DNA of 64,000 bases from Octopus vulgaris (GCA_951406725.2 OX597817.1:64480001-64544000), one strand, 5' to 3'. Positions 36,690 through 48,994 are shown, counted from the first letter of the stretch. Notes: generated by a model from the sequence alone, not told the origin. A program made the numbers and translations.

Positions 36690-36737
36690 ATGTTATCCAG
36701 CAACGGGTTAACAATAGACCAGTGGTTCTATTATGAG
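36690..36737 (+). CDS. NDC1: Probable NDC1 (TMEM48) nucleoporin, coding exon 1 (MLSSNGLTIDQWFYYE)
   Basis: gaagcATG with A at -3; 48 nt, then the donor GAG|gtagga. The phase-0 join to the exon at 60126 gives WFYYE-VHRWRCGASIWWS. Lies directly opposite the TAX1BP3 first exon. Confidence 0.7.
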
Positions 36738-37444
36738 GTAGGACAATTTGTTAATCCTTAATGTCTTATAGTTTGTGTGTTTGGTGAAGTTTAATTGTAT
36801 GGAACGTGTCGGCCTCCCACATTTTTGATATTCTTTCTTACACCATGTGTCTTTTGTACACTCTTTTAAAGACTTGCTTTAATAATTCTCTGGATCCATT
36901 TTTCAATAGTAAACCATTCTCTTGGTATGTGTTACTATAATGAATTTTATCGTTTTTTGGAAACGACTCTCAAAACATTTGTTTCCCTGTATTTGCATTG
37001 CTCCGGTATTCAACTGTGTTTTGAAAAACAAATTTTCATCTACACAAAAGAAAGCATGTATTATATATTATACACAATACCGAATTGCAACATACATGCA
37101 AACATCAGTGAAGTGATAGAAATAACTGAAATAATTCATTACTAACCTAACGTAAAATTGTACGACACAATAATAACCGCCATCTTGCACTCTTTCTTTT
37201 AATGATGAACGTTTGTCAACCACACTTGTAACAGTAAAAAACATACAATTTTTTTATTGCTGAAATTTCAGCATACCCAGAGGCACGAGCCACATTTCCC
37301 CAAAATTACATGGCGAAAGTAAAGAATACATACACCCGGTGTTTAGGGTTTTGTTACGCCGAAAACGGGTGGTTTACCCCCGCTAATTACACACTAGTAT
37401 ATTAAAAATAACGCTTCCAGTAGTAACGCGATCCAAGATACACT

Positions 37445-38175
37445 GTGAAGTGATCTCTTAGCAAGATTCCCAACATCGACCTTTTCCATGGCTCTCTGCT
37501 CTGTAAGCAGATGTTGTTCTCTCTTCGCCAAGGCCCAAGTTTCACATGCATATAGCATTGCAGGCAAGACTGTGTTGTTGAAGATATGGGCGCAAGTTTC
37601 CTTGTCTAGGTTCACCTTCAATACACCCTTCACCAAGGTGAATGCTCTTCATCCTGCTTTATCCTTCGTGAGATCTCATTCTCCATCTCTTGCTTTAAAG
37701 TCATGTCTTGACCAAGAGACACATAGCTGCTCACCTCCTCTATTCCATTGCCTCCAATTGTTAGGCGACTGACCAGTATGCCTTCAGATTATGTGTACAT
37801 GGTTTTCATACGGTTGATCTTCAGGCCAACTGCTGAAGTTCATCCAGCATGGTCTGCAGCTGATCAGTGCTCTCTGCTATCAGTACTATGTCATCAGCGA
37901 ATCTTAGATGGGTGAGCAGCTCACCATTTATCCTTATGCCTCCATCCAAGTTCATGTCTCTTATGACCATCTCAAGACATGCAGTGAGAAGCTTAGGAGA
38001 GATGGTGTCTTCTTGCTTAACACTCTTCTCCACTGGAACAGTCACTGGTAAGGATAACAGGGCCACATTCGTTGTGCACCTGGTGTTCACATCCCTAAGG
38101 AGGGTGACGTATTGCATCATCACACCTTGTTTCCTGAGAGCTTCAGTACTGCCTTGATTTCGATGCTGTCAAAGG
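37445..38175 (-). pseudogene. RTE-clade LINE reverse transcriptase, C-terminal half
   Basis: FDSIEIKAVL; KSVKQEDTISPKL; GIRINGELLTHLRFADDIVL; FNNTVLPAMLYACETW. Frameshifted. Confidence 0.9.
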
Positions 38176-38184
38176 TTAATCAGT

Positions 38185-38416
38185 GTTGTGTCGTCAGTGA
38201 ATCTTAGATGGGTGAGCAGCTCTCCTTTTATCCTTATGGCTCCGTTCTAGTTCATGTCTCGTATCACCATCTCAAGGCGCACAGTGAAAAGCTTAGGAGA
38301 GATGGTGTCTCCTTGCTTGACACCCATCTCCACTGAAACATTTACTGGTGAGGATAACAGGGCCACATTCGTTGTGCACCTGGTGTTCACCACCCTAAGG
38401 AGGGTGACATACTGCA
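38185..38416 (-). pseudogene. Second, diverged copy of the RT segment at 37890-38116
   Basis: About 227 bp repeated at a 300-bp offset (GVKQGDTISPKLF...LLTHLRFTDD) with scattered substitutions. Confidence 0.85.
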
Positions 38417-38429
38417 AAGTGTGTTGCAA

Positions 38430-40050
38430 TTGATTTTCTTTCTCTTCTTCATCAAGTAGTTCTAGCTGTTCCCCTTTGCCAAAGAGGTGCAGTTGTAGGT
38501 GCATATGGCAAGGTTAGTCAGTTTCCTTGGCAGCTTCTTACAATCTGAGATTCTCAGCAGCCTTTTGTCGCTCAGATTATGCCCTGCCACCATGGAGCAG
38601 ACTGATTTACATGCAGGCTACTGAAACCCATTTAGCCATAATTTGATGCCACCCTGCTGGCTAGGCAGGCAGGCAATTGGTTGCGTTTTCATTCGAGGTG
38701 TACTCCTGTAGCCTTGTACCCTTAAGACCCCCATTTTTGTTGGGTGAGTCATTGACTTCTCGTGAGTTCCTCTGCCTTTTGATAAGTTTTCTTTTTTGCC
38801 CTGCAGGGTGTCCAACAAACACCCTCCTCACCAAGCAAGCTCAGTGGGGGTTGAGACTTTAGTCACCGGCAACCCAACCATGTAACAGGTTGTACTGGAT
38901 TACATGTTACCACTAGCACTCAAAAAGGGCCAGGAACAGATGGACCTGGATCACCCTGAATGCAAAGAACAAAAATGATCAACTACATCCTGGTCCCTAA
39001 AAGGTATATTCTACAAGGCATCTCTATAGTTGCACCATTCAACACAGGAAGTGACCACCACCTTGTATCAGTGAAGATTGTGTTGAATAGAAAAAGGAGA
39101 AAAACGTGCTGCAGTTAGCATTAAGGAACAATGTGTGAAGGAAATGCAGCTGAGGGAAGCCATCAGGAAAGAATCCTGGGATTAGCTTGAAGAAATAAAT
39201 GGCGACTATGAGATACTGATCCAGAAGTTGAAGAAAAGCTTGAGGAGTACAAAGGTCATGGTTCCGAAGGAGACAGGAAGGCTCTTGGAGCAGACAAAGA
39301 AGCTGATGGAAAAGCGGAGAACACCTAGTAGAATATTCTGTTCTCTGCAAGATGATAACACAATGTCTTGAGAATGACTTCGAGAGGTACAGAAAAACTC
39401 CTGAAGACTGCACAAGAACAGAAGAGCCTCAAGAAATGCAAAAGGAAGATGCTTTATAGAAAGGAAGTAACAACGCTGAAGAACCAAGACAGCAATGCAT
39501 TGACTGGCAGAAGAGGTGTGGAAGAAGTCTGCAAAATCTTCTACATAAACCTCTTTAAACCAAGAACAGTGGTCACACCTTCATCATTGGGAGGTGAAAG
39601 AGAAAGTACCATCTATTCTGATCAGTGAAGTCAAGAGAACCCTCAAGCTGATGAACAAAGGAAAAGTACTGGGCAAGGATGTTATAACATCTGAAATGTT
39701 GCAGGCCAGCAGAGAGTAGCTATGGAAAATCATAACTCTATACTTCAACTGTTACCTAGAGGAAGGGTCAATACCTTCCCAATGGAAAGAGTCAAATACG
39801 ATCCTGCTGTACAAGAAGGGTGATAAGGATGATCTTAAGAACTATCAGCCTCTTGTCATATTACAAGCTGTTCATGAAAATAATCGCTGAATGGTCATCT
39901 CAACAACTGGATGAACTACACTCGAAGACAAGCAGGGTCCATAAAGAAGTACAGCATTATAGATCGTATATTTACTCTAATACAGTTGCTGCAATGAGTG
40001 AGAGAGTACTGTTACATTCATTGATTATGAGAAAATCTTTGACGATGTCG
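38430..40050 (+). pseudogene. RTE-clade LINE 5' half (UTR, endonuclease end, RT N-terminus)
   Basis: Remnants FNTGSDH, KGKVLGKD.ITSEML, IPSQWKESNTILLYKKGDKDDLKNY, FIDYEKIFDDV. Many stops. Confidence 0.85.
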
Positions 40051-40659
40051 TAATATTTATGTGGTTAAAAGAGTTAGTTGAAGGAGAGTTAGAAATATAA
40101 TTTTAGCAGAGGGGTGATGTTCTGATGGTGAGATTAAAGAAAAGGAGAGAGTGGAGGTGGCAGTAGTGATTAGATATTGCAAAGTGTTTTTTTTTTATTG
40201 AACAAAATTTTTTATATCACCTATCATTTAACACATGCACATAAGTGCAATTCCATGAAATATTCATGCTTATTTACATGGCATATATATGCAATTTAAC
40301 TAAAGGTTGTATCATATGTACAGATTTTTTTTTTTGTTATGGCAAAAATGAAAAAATAAGAGTGAATATTTATTTTATGAGTACTGTGTATTAAGTCTAT
40401 AAAATTGTGCATAAAGTATATAAAGTGCATTAAGTAATCATCCTATTCCAATTTCTTTCACTTTTCAATGAGTAGCAGATGAGTGACTATCAGACACAAC
40501 ACAGGCTATGCTTTTGGATAAAGTTTTCAGAAATAACCCAATAGTTTACCATTAATTCCAAGAAATATTCATAGGTCCTGCTAGTTACCTAATTAATTAA
40601 TCAAGCAACTAATTAACTAAGCAAGCAACTGATTAATTAATTAAGCAAGCAACTAAATG

Positions 40660-42300
40660 TATGTACAAAAACATGGACAACCAGGATAAGGAATGATGAC
40701 ATCATCTGCAGAATGTACACAGTGAGTCCTAGAGATGTTGAAAAATTTCACTTGCAATTGTTGCGTTATGTTCCAGGTGCTAAGAGCTTTGAAGAAGTAC
40801 ACACTGTAGGTGAAATCTGTGCAACATTTAAAGATGCATGTATAAGACTTGGTCTTCTCCAAAATGATGAAGAGTTGGAGCATGCCATACTTGAAGCTGC
40901 TGCTCATCAGATGCCTTCTCAGCTGCATATTATGTTTGCAGACCTCTACACCTATTCAAACCCTACTAATGTTCTTCACCTGTGGAACACTAACAAGGAT
41001 TCTATTATGGTAGATTATGTTCACTGAGGTCTGAATGCAGAACAGAGAGAAAATATGCTTCTACATTCCATAAATGTTGTGCTAATTGAAAATGGCACAA
41101 GCTGTCTTAACCCTTTCGTTACTATATTTCTGACCAAAATACACCCCTTATGTGTTTCAATTAATTTCTAACGTAATCATAAATTTAGTCTGGTTTCATT
41201 AAACAACTATAACTTTTTTATTTATCAATATATTAACGTGAATTTTGGAAGATAATTTAATGAAATGTTCTCAACCAATTCTATACTATAATTTTTGTCA
41301 CAAAGTGACTCTAATTGCAGGTAGATACAGGTAAATTCAACAAAATATAAAATTATTAAAATTTTGTTCAAACATCACTATAGAAAATGGGTTATTAGCT
41401 AATATTCAATTGGGTATACAACAAAATTTTACGATAGAATTTGTTATTCTGGGTAACTTTCTGATACCTATAATATTTATGGCAAAATAGTCTTAATTTC
41501 ATTTAAGGTTATGGGAAACCACAAACTATCCTTTCTTTCGTTTTGTTTACATTTAGCGTAACGGTTCGTTTCCGCCGTAATGATTTCAAATAGGCTCATT
41601 CGAAAAAGTAAAAAGAAATAGTCTAAGGCTTTACTCTCCTGGGAAAGTCTGTGGCTTGGTCCAGTTTCTTCAGAAAAATCACCGAAAGAAACAGTTTTTA
41701 AATTTTCACTCCATTCAGGTGCCAATTCATTTTCTTTATCGCTGTCGGAGCTCTCGGATTCACGGTTTTCACTTTCGGAAAATGAAACATCAGATTCATT
41801 ATCAAATACCTCGTGCTTTTTTTTTCAGTCATAGAGTTAGATTTATGAAGGTCTTCAGTAGAAAATCCTTCGAATTCTGACTCGCTGCTTGATATAATGA
41901 AATTCGTATCCATTTTTTGGCAGAATTACAAATTTTGAAAACACAATAGGAACAAATTTCAGGAAAAAATCTCCCAAAATTCACGGAATTAAAATTACAC
42001 TTCGATTGTTGTACAAAACTGTAGTTGAACTGTTTACGAAATATAATACGTGTTTTCACGAATGTACTAAAGAGATTTGCTCTGATATTCTCATTTAAAT
42101 ATGAATAGGTAAATTCGGGCGGTTTGGTCACATTAACCAAAATTTTTTTCAGGCGGCTTGGTATCGAAAGTGTTAATATTGGTTTGCCTGAACTAGTTGG
42201 AATGCAACAGGTTGAGCATGAACTACCCAGGCATTGCAACCCTTACTGATGAGTGGAGAGTTGTCACTGATGCAGCCATTGAAGCAGTTGAAAAGAAAAG
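40660..42300 (+). pseudogene. Helitron Rep-helicase linker fragment, interrupted by piggyBac
   Basis: RMYTVSPRDVEKFHLQLL..VPGAKSFEE..TFKDACIRLGLLQNDEE..EAA..QMPSQL. Removing 41111-42172 and one TTAA restores ENGTSCL-NIGLPE. Confidence 0.85.
41111..42172 (-). mobile_element. Internally deleted piggyBac transposon
   Basis: TTAA TSD at 41107-41110 and 42173-42176; TIRs CCCTTTCGTTAC / CACTTTCGATAC (reverse complement). The minus strand encodes a transposase N-terminus: acidic SESEFEGFS and ALDYFFLLF..IITAETNRYA..W..ITLNEIK. Confidence 0.9.
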
Positions 42301-42775
42301 GATTAGTTGCTTGCTTAAGGCTTAGTTTCTTGCTTAATTAGTTAATTAATTAGAAAATGAAGTAGTTGCTTTCTTAATCAATTAGTTAATTAGTTGCTTT
42401 CTTATTTAATTAGTTGCTTGCTTTCTTAATTATCTAGTTAATTAGTTGTTTGCTTAAATAATTAGGTGCTTGCTTGCTTAGTTAATTAGTTGTTTAGTTG
42501 CTTGCATGCTTCGTTAGTTGATTAATTAGTTGCTAGCTGAATTAGTTAATTAGTTGCTTGCTTAATTTAGTTAAATAGTTGTTTGCTTGCCTGCTTAATT
42601 AATTAGTTAATTAGTTGCTTTCTAGCGTAATTGTCTAGTTAATCGATTAGTTGCTTGCTTAAGTAGTTAATTTATTAATTGCTTGTTTAATTAGTTGCTT
42701 GCTTGCTTAATTAGGTAGTTCATTAATTAGTTGCTTGCTTAATTATTACTTATTTAACTAATTAGTTGCTTTTGC
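42300..42775. repeat. Tetramer-shuffled satellite (TTAG/TTGC/TTAA)
   Basis: About 470 bp of ttagttgcttgcttaattaa variants. A short reverse-complement array lies at ~40578-40635. Confidence 0.9.
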
Positions 42776-43819
42776 TTTCTCTCTTACTCTTTGCCTTATT
42801 CTCTTTTTCTCCCTACTTTTTCTTTTTCTCTTGCTTTCTCCTCATGTGAAAGCATCTTTAATCTAAATGCATGGTTTACTGTCTAAAGATACAAAATTAT
42901 TATTAGATTGAAATTGTTAAAATATGGAATAACTATTTTACACAAGTATGCACTCCCTTTCTCTTTCCTTAACATTTAATATCTTTTTACTCTTTAGTTT
43001 ATGATGATGAATTGGCATAATCGTCAGAGCATTGGAAAAATGCCTTGTGTTTTGTCTCTTTACGTTTTGAATTGAAATCCTGTTTTTCATCCCTCTGGGG
43101 TCGATAAAATAAAGTGCTGGGAATGTAATGTTCTCTTCCTCCAGCTGTTACGGCTTCGACAAGAATGGGATGGTGGATGGGGTGCCTGTGTTTGCTCATG
43201 ACTACATGGACACATAAAAAAAGGAAACATCAAAAAAGCATAAATCGATTGTAACTGGCTATATTTATTTAGATTTCAATTTACAAATTTCTTGGTTGGC
43301 TGGCTTTGAAATCTGATTTCGATTCTAGATAATTTCTTTCACTCAGACCACTAAATGTGGGATGCAAATCACACCCACTTACCCCATGGGTGAAAGTTAA
43401 TTTTTAATATTCCTTTGACAGATGCAATACTAATTTGATAGGTTTTGCAAATATAATTGATTGAATCAAAAATCTGTTATTTCAAGTAGTGGTTAAGCTA
43501 ACTGAGAAATCTCTTCCCTGTTACTTAACCTGTTACAAATAGCAATAAAAATTTTCTTCCAATCACATCTTACTGCCCTTATAGTCCAGCAAGCTTTCTG
43601 CAGTATCAGTGAATGCATTTTTCACTATTTCCCATTTATTGGAAAGGCAAATTTTGTTAAGGTGACAAGCAGGTACACATTGACCAAACTCGAGAAAGCC
43701 AAAACACAATATCTATAAAGGTATTTTCTCTCGGGTATAAACCACAGTATCATGCATTTCAATGATGTCTAAACATTAAGTATGGTACACAGATGGCTAT
43801 GGATTATATTAAAGTGCCA

Positions 43820-44480
43820 ACAATAGATTCCTGTGGTGTAAAAAAAATCTCATGCTGTAGAAAGGGGATGGTAAATGTGTGATAAAGATTCAATTGAATG
43901 CTACTGGCATGAGCACACAAATGCTTTTGGTGCACACATAGACAACAATTAGCTGTGTGGGAGAAAGTGGAGGTATATGGGTATATGTGTGCACATGCTA
44001 GTAATGTTTGACTTCTCTTTCTCTCACTATCTGGCAATTTAATGCATATATCTTAGAGCAAGTCATTTTTATGAAGATTGTATATCCACCTATTTTTCCC
44101 AATATCTATCATGGATAGATTTCCATGATATAAAAAATTTGTCTTGCTGTGGAAAGGGGATGGTAAAAGTGTGTGTGAGAGACAGATTTAAATTCTATAT
44201 TAAAATGTTGATGATAGATTCCTGGGGTGTAAAAAAATCTCATGCTGTGGAAGGAGGATGATAAAATTGTGTGCAATAGAGAAAGAAATTCAAACAAAAG
44301 CAACAGGCATGTGCTCACTAGTGGTACATACCTGCAGCAATTAACTGTGTGTGAGAGAGTTAGGGTATGCATGCCATTACCATTTGTATGTGTGCATATG
44401 TGCCAATAGTATTTTGGTATTTGTGACTTTCTCTCTCACTATTTACCTGAAGATATAACGCATGCATCTTAGAGCATGAA
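43820..44480. repeat. Diverged tandem duplication
   Basis: atagattcc.g.ggtgtaaaaaaatctcatgctgt.gaa.g.ggatg.taaa starts at ~43823, ~44115 and ~44213. Downstream blocks (caatta.ctgtgtg.gaga, tgactt.ctct, tcttagagca) recur at ~43945-44060 and ~44338-44475. Confidence 0.75.
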
Positions 44481-44803
44481 GATTAAATGTCTAAATTATT
44501 TTATTACTGGAAACAGAGTTTAGTATGTTACAGCAGACAATGATCATAGTGCACAGCAGTAAAAATTGATTCAAGAAAGACAGAAGATTCTGAGTAAACC
44601 TGGAGAGAGAAGAAATAAGAATTAAGAATAGAGAAGAATCAGTAATTATGAAAGGCATTGACTTGGAGCAAAAGGAATAAATTCAGTGCAAGAAATGGAG
44701 CTAGAAGATGTCATCTGACAAAGCTGAGGCGGTCAGGGAAAGAATGAGAATTCTTAATCAAGAAAGTAAAATATGAGCAATGAAACAAGAATATTTTGCT
44801 TAA

Positions 44804-45023
44804 CCCTTTCGTTACCAACCCGGCTGAAACCGGCTCTGGCTCTGAGTACAAATGTCTTGTTTTCATAAGTTTTGAATTAAAATCTTCCACCAAACCTTAA
44901 TCACAATTTATGTTCCTAACACTAGCTTAATGATAACCAAGTTATTTTACTAAATTCTTTGTTATATTTAAAATAATTGAAAGAAACACAGAGCATCTCA
45001 ACAGAAATACAGTAACAAAAGGG
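44804..45023. mobile_element. piggyBac MITE, 220 bp
   Basis: TTAA on both sides (44800-44803, 45024-45027); TIRs CCCTTTCGTTAC / GTAACAAAAGGG, the same terminus as the 41111 element. Confidence 0.9.
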
Positions 45024-45824
45024 TTAAGGCAGAACAAGAAAATGGGTGAGAGGAAAAAATCTGACCAAAGAAAATAGACAAGATTTCCTAAAAGATTATG
45101 AAGGAGATGACAGGGTATTATTACTGAGTGGGGAGATATTTATGGCTGACACTGTACTACAAAATGGGCTGTGGAATTTGCACAGGTACTCTTATTTTAA
45201 TTTAATACTGTTTCATTTGCATATACTAAGCTAATTACTGTTCAGCAAGCTTTTCACAATATCAGTGAATGTATTCAATTTCCTATAAATCAGAGAGGAA
45301 ATGTTTTGTTTAAGCATGTGTCAAATGGATACACATCATCAAGACTCAAGAATGCTGAAACATGTCTGGTACTCTCATGAGTCATTACTGAGACAATGTT
45401 CTCTTCATTCTTATATGTAGTGTGTTTTTAATACATGTCTATGAACGGATTTTCTCTCAGGCGAAACCCACAGCATCATGCTTTTCAGTCGTGTATGTTA
45501 AGCAATGTACACAGATGACTATATAATATACAGGTATATATATATATCACTTGATGAGAGAGAGGGAGAAATATACTCCTCAGTCTGGTGACCTAGATGA
45601 ATGCTTGCAACACAGAGATTGCCATTAAAGCCCTCAAGGACTGACTGATGGTTTTAAACTGAGCAACAGATGTGTCATCTACAGTGTAAGCCACAGTATG
45701 ATTTGAACTCAAAATGCAAGAAACTAGAATCTATGCCCTAAGGCATTTCTGTTACTGCTTTAATGACTGCCATTTCACCATGTATGTTCTTGGGTTAAGT
45801 GATGTATTGAATAATTTATTTGCT

Positions 45825-46130
45825 GTGTGGTGTGTTGAGTCATTCATACACTGTATAATGTATTGATTGATTCATATACTGTAATGTATTGATATACATA
45901 TACTTTGCAGTGTGTTGATTGATTCTTATTCTCTATGGTGTTTTGATTGATTCATATACTATGTTGTGCTCATTGACTCATTTACTCTGTGGTATATTGA
46001 TTGATTCATATACTGAGTAGTCTGCTGACTGACTTATGTACTTTGTGACTTGGTTGATTCATGTACTGTGTTGGCTGTTGACTGATTCACATGATGTATG
46101 AAGTGTTGATGGGTTCATGTATTATGTAGT
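45825..46130. repeat. Degenerate minisatellite, ~26-30 bp unit, about 11 copies
   Basis: Unit approximately tgttgattgattcatatactgtgtggtg. Confidence 0.8.
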
Positions 46131-46392
46131 TGTGATGATTGTGAATGTCTGTTAACATGTCAAAATATATTTTACTTTGCTGAGTAATTGCATTTCAAAT
46201 CCCTATCACCAACAACTTTAGCCTAATTTTAAAGATTTTTTACCGCCTCAATTCAATTTACATGCCTTTTCAGATAATTATAGCTTAAACTCTACATTTG
46301 AACAGATCTCTTGTTCCATCCTTTATTTGTATTTTGACAATTGTGCAAGCTGTTGTCTTAACTGCATTTACATTAACTACATCTGTGTTTAA

Positions 46393-46753
46393 CCCTTTAG
46401 CATTCAGATTTCTCTATCAAATGTAATGCTTATTTATTCACTTTACAGGGTGGTTGGTGTTAGGAAGGGCATCCAGCCATAAAAATAATGCCAAGACAGA
46501 CACCGTAGCCTGGTGTAGTCTTCTAGCCGACTGGCTCCTGTCAAACCATCCAACCCATGTCAGCCTGGAAGGCAGACGTTAAACAATGATGATGATATTG
46601 ATAAAAATTAGTTATACATTACCTTGTAGCTTTAAGATTTCAATGGTGCGATTGTTTATTGTAGGGTGAGTGTGAGAAGCTGGATTTGGCCAGTTTAAAG
46701 ATAAAACAGGTAGATTATTTTGGCCAGATATGCTCAGTTTAAATGTTAAAGGG
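46393..46753. mobile_element. piggyBac-type MITE carrying an inserted LINE 3' tail
   Basis: ttaa|CCCTTTAGCATT ... AATGTTAAAGGG; the LINE tail occupies 46445-46597. Confidence 0.7.
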
Positions 46754-48937
46754 CTTCTTTTGGATTAAAGCTTTCTAGGCATATCTACAATATTCAGTCC
46801 ATGCTGTGAAGTGGCTGGTTAAAGGATGGGTATCCAACTGTTATGGCCATGCCAAAAAATGTCATACGCAACAACAGATACTGGCTGTTTTCTCTGTTGC
46901 TGTGTGTGTATGCCATACGTGGAGGATTCCTGAGAAAATGTGAGATGCTATGGGATTTGGTCAGCCCATCTCAGCACGGAAAAACTCATGTGAAATAATT
47001 CTAAATTAGGCACAAGGCCAGCACTTCTCAGGGTAAGGGGATTAGTCAGCACTGTTGACCCTATTCTTAGTGCTTGACTGATACTTTATTTAATTGACCC
47101 TGAAAGGATGATAGGAAAAGTTGATCGTGGCAGAATTTGAACTCGGAATGTAAAGAGTCAGAAAAAACTATAAGGCATTCTCCTAAATGCTCTAACAATT
47201 CTGCCAGCTCTCTGCTCTACCCATTGTTGGGTAAAGTTGATGACAATGGCTTAGAAATTTGCTGTAGGTTTACAGGCATGGAAGACTGGCCTACATTCTT
47301 TATTGAGCCCAATGTAATGTGTCTCATACTTTTAAGTTCAAATTTTGTGAGAAACACTGCTTCCTTTCATCGTTCTTTTGTCAATAAAATGTATGTGATT
47401 TGGCTAAATAAATAAGGTATTGTACCATTTTCTTAATTTCTGTGTTGAAATCTACTATGAATGTCTCTTTGGTTTTTCTAGACGGAGCATTTTATTCTCT
47501 ATTGCCTCACTTCATTTACCTCTCAATAGGTACAGGTATCAGATGTACTTAGAATGATAGCTATGATAGACTGGCATCATATTCATGATGATTTCTTTCT
47601 CCTCTATTTCACATTAAAACTAAAGTGTTTCGTCTAATGCTCTAATGACAGCCATCTTACTGCATATGTCTTTAAAGGCTAATTAGTGTTATATGGCATT
47701 TATATTTGCAATTAGATATCACTTATACATTGAAATCAAATCAATTTATTGTACAACTCTTATAACTGGAGATGGGAAAGGGAGTGTGTGGTCCCTTTCC
47801 TCCACCCCAATGAAAAAGAGAAAGCACTATTAACAAAGTGAATACTATAGAGGTATACTCTGTGAGCACAGTTTGCTTTACAATTTCTTTTCTCAATTGG
47901 AGCTATTTCACTTCATCTATCTTGAAAATTTTGTCATGATGATTTTAAAAATACATTTTTTTGCTTTCTTTGGGGAGGTAGTGGGGAACCATTTAAAAAT
48001 TTATTTAGTGCATTTTGTCTTTGTTTTTCTCTTTTTATTAACATTATTGCTCTCTACTTTGTGCTACTGCTTACTAATCTTCTCAATGACTAATATCACA
48101 GCATGAGTTTTTTTTTTCTTTACAGTCATTCAAATATGAATAATCTGTTTTTGTTTTCTCTTACACAAATGTAGATACCTTCATGGTTGTGTGGCTGCAG
48201 AGTTTACTTTGTAACCATATGGGTTTAGAGTTCTCTCTCTCTCTTTCTCTGCTTGACTCTTTAAGCAAGTGTTTTCTACTGTAGACTTAGGTCATCTAAT
48301 TGTTTGTGATTAGAATTAGTAGGCAGAAATTACATGAAGGCATATTGCGTGTGTGTGGCTCGTGGTCATGGCCAGTGCCAGTGACACATAAAAGGTACCC
48401 AGCCAGAACAGACAACTGGAGCCTAGTGCAAACCATCAAACTCATTCCAGTGTGGAAAACAGACATTAAATGATGATGATTTTATATATATATATATAAG
48501 TAGTGTGGGGTTGAAGTGAGAGGTATCATCATCATTTATTGTCCACTTTTCCATACTTTCATGAACACAACAGAATTTGTTGAGGCCCATGTCTTTCCTG
48601 TTGCCAACCCTCACCTATTTTCAAGCACAATAATATTTTCCCATGGCCAGACATATTTTTCATGGAAGACAGAAAATAAACAATATCATTTGCATGATGG
48701 TGATGTTCATATACAATCAACACATGATGTCAAGAGAAGTGTTCGTACACATACACACACACACAATGGGCTTCATTCAGTTTTCATCTACCAAATCCAC
48801 TTGCAAAGTTTTGGTCAACCCAGGCTATAGTAGAAGATAGTCGCACAAGGTACCACACTGTGAAACTAAACCTGAGACCATATGGTTAGGAAGTAAGCCT
48901 CTTAGCCACACAGTCATGCCTGCATCTTCTCTTTCTC

Positions 48938-48994
<57 letters not shown>

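Noticed and set aside
38520-38940. HDV-like ribozyme in the RTE 5' UTR
   Set aside because: Known for some RTE elements, but I could not trace the nested double pseudoknot by eye; it needs a descriptor search.
45825-46130. Regularly spaced ~28-bp repeats as a CRISPR-like array
   Set aside because: Units are contiguous and degenerate, with no unique spacers and no cas genes, in a eukaryotic intron; this is a minisatellite.
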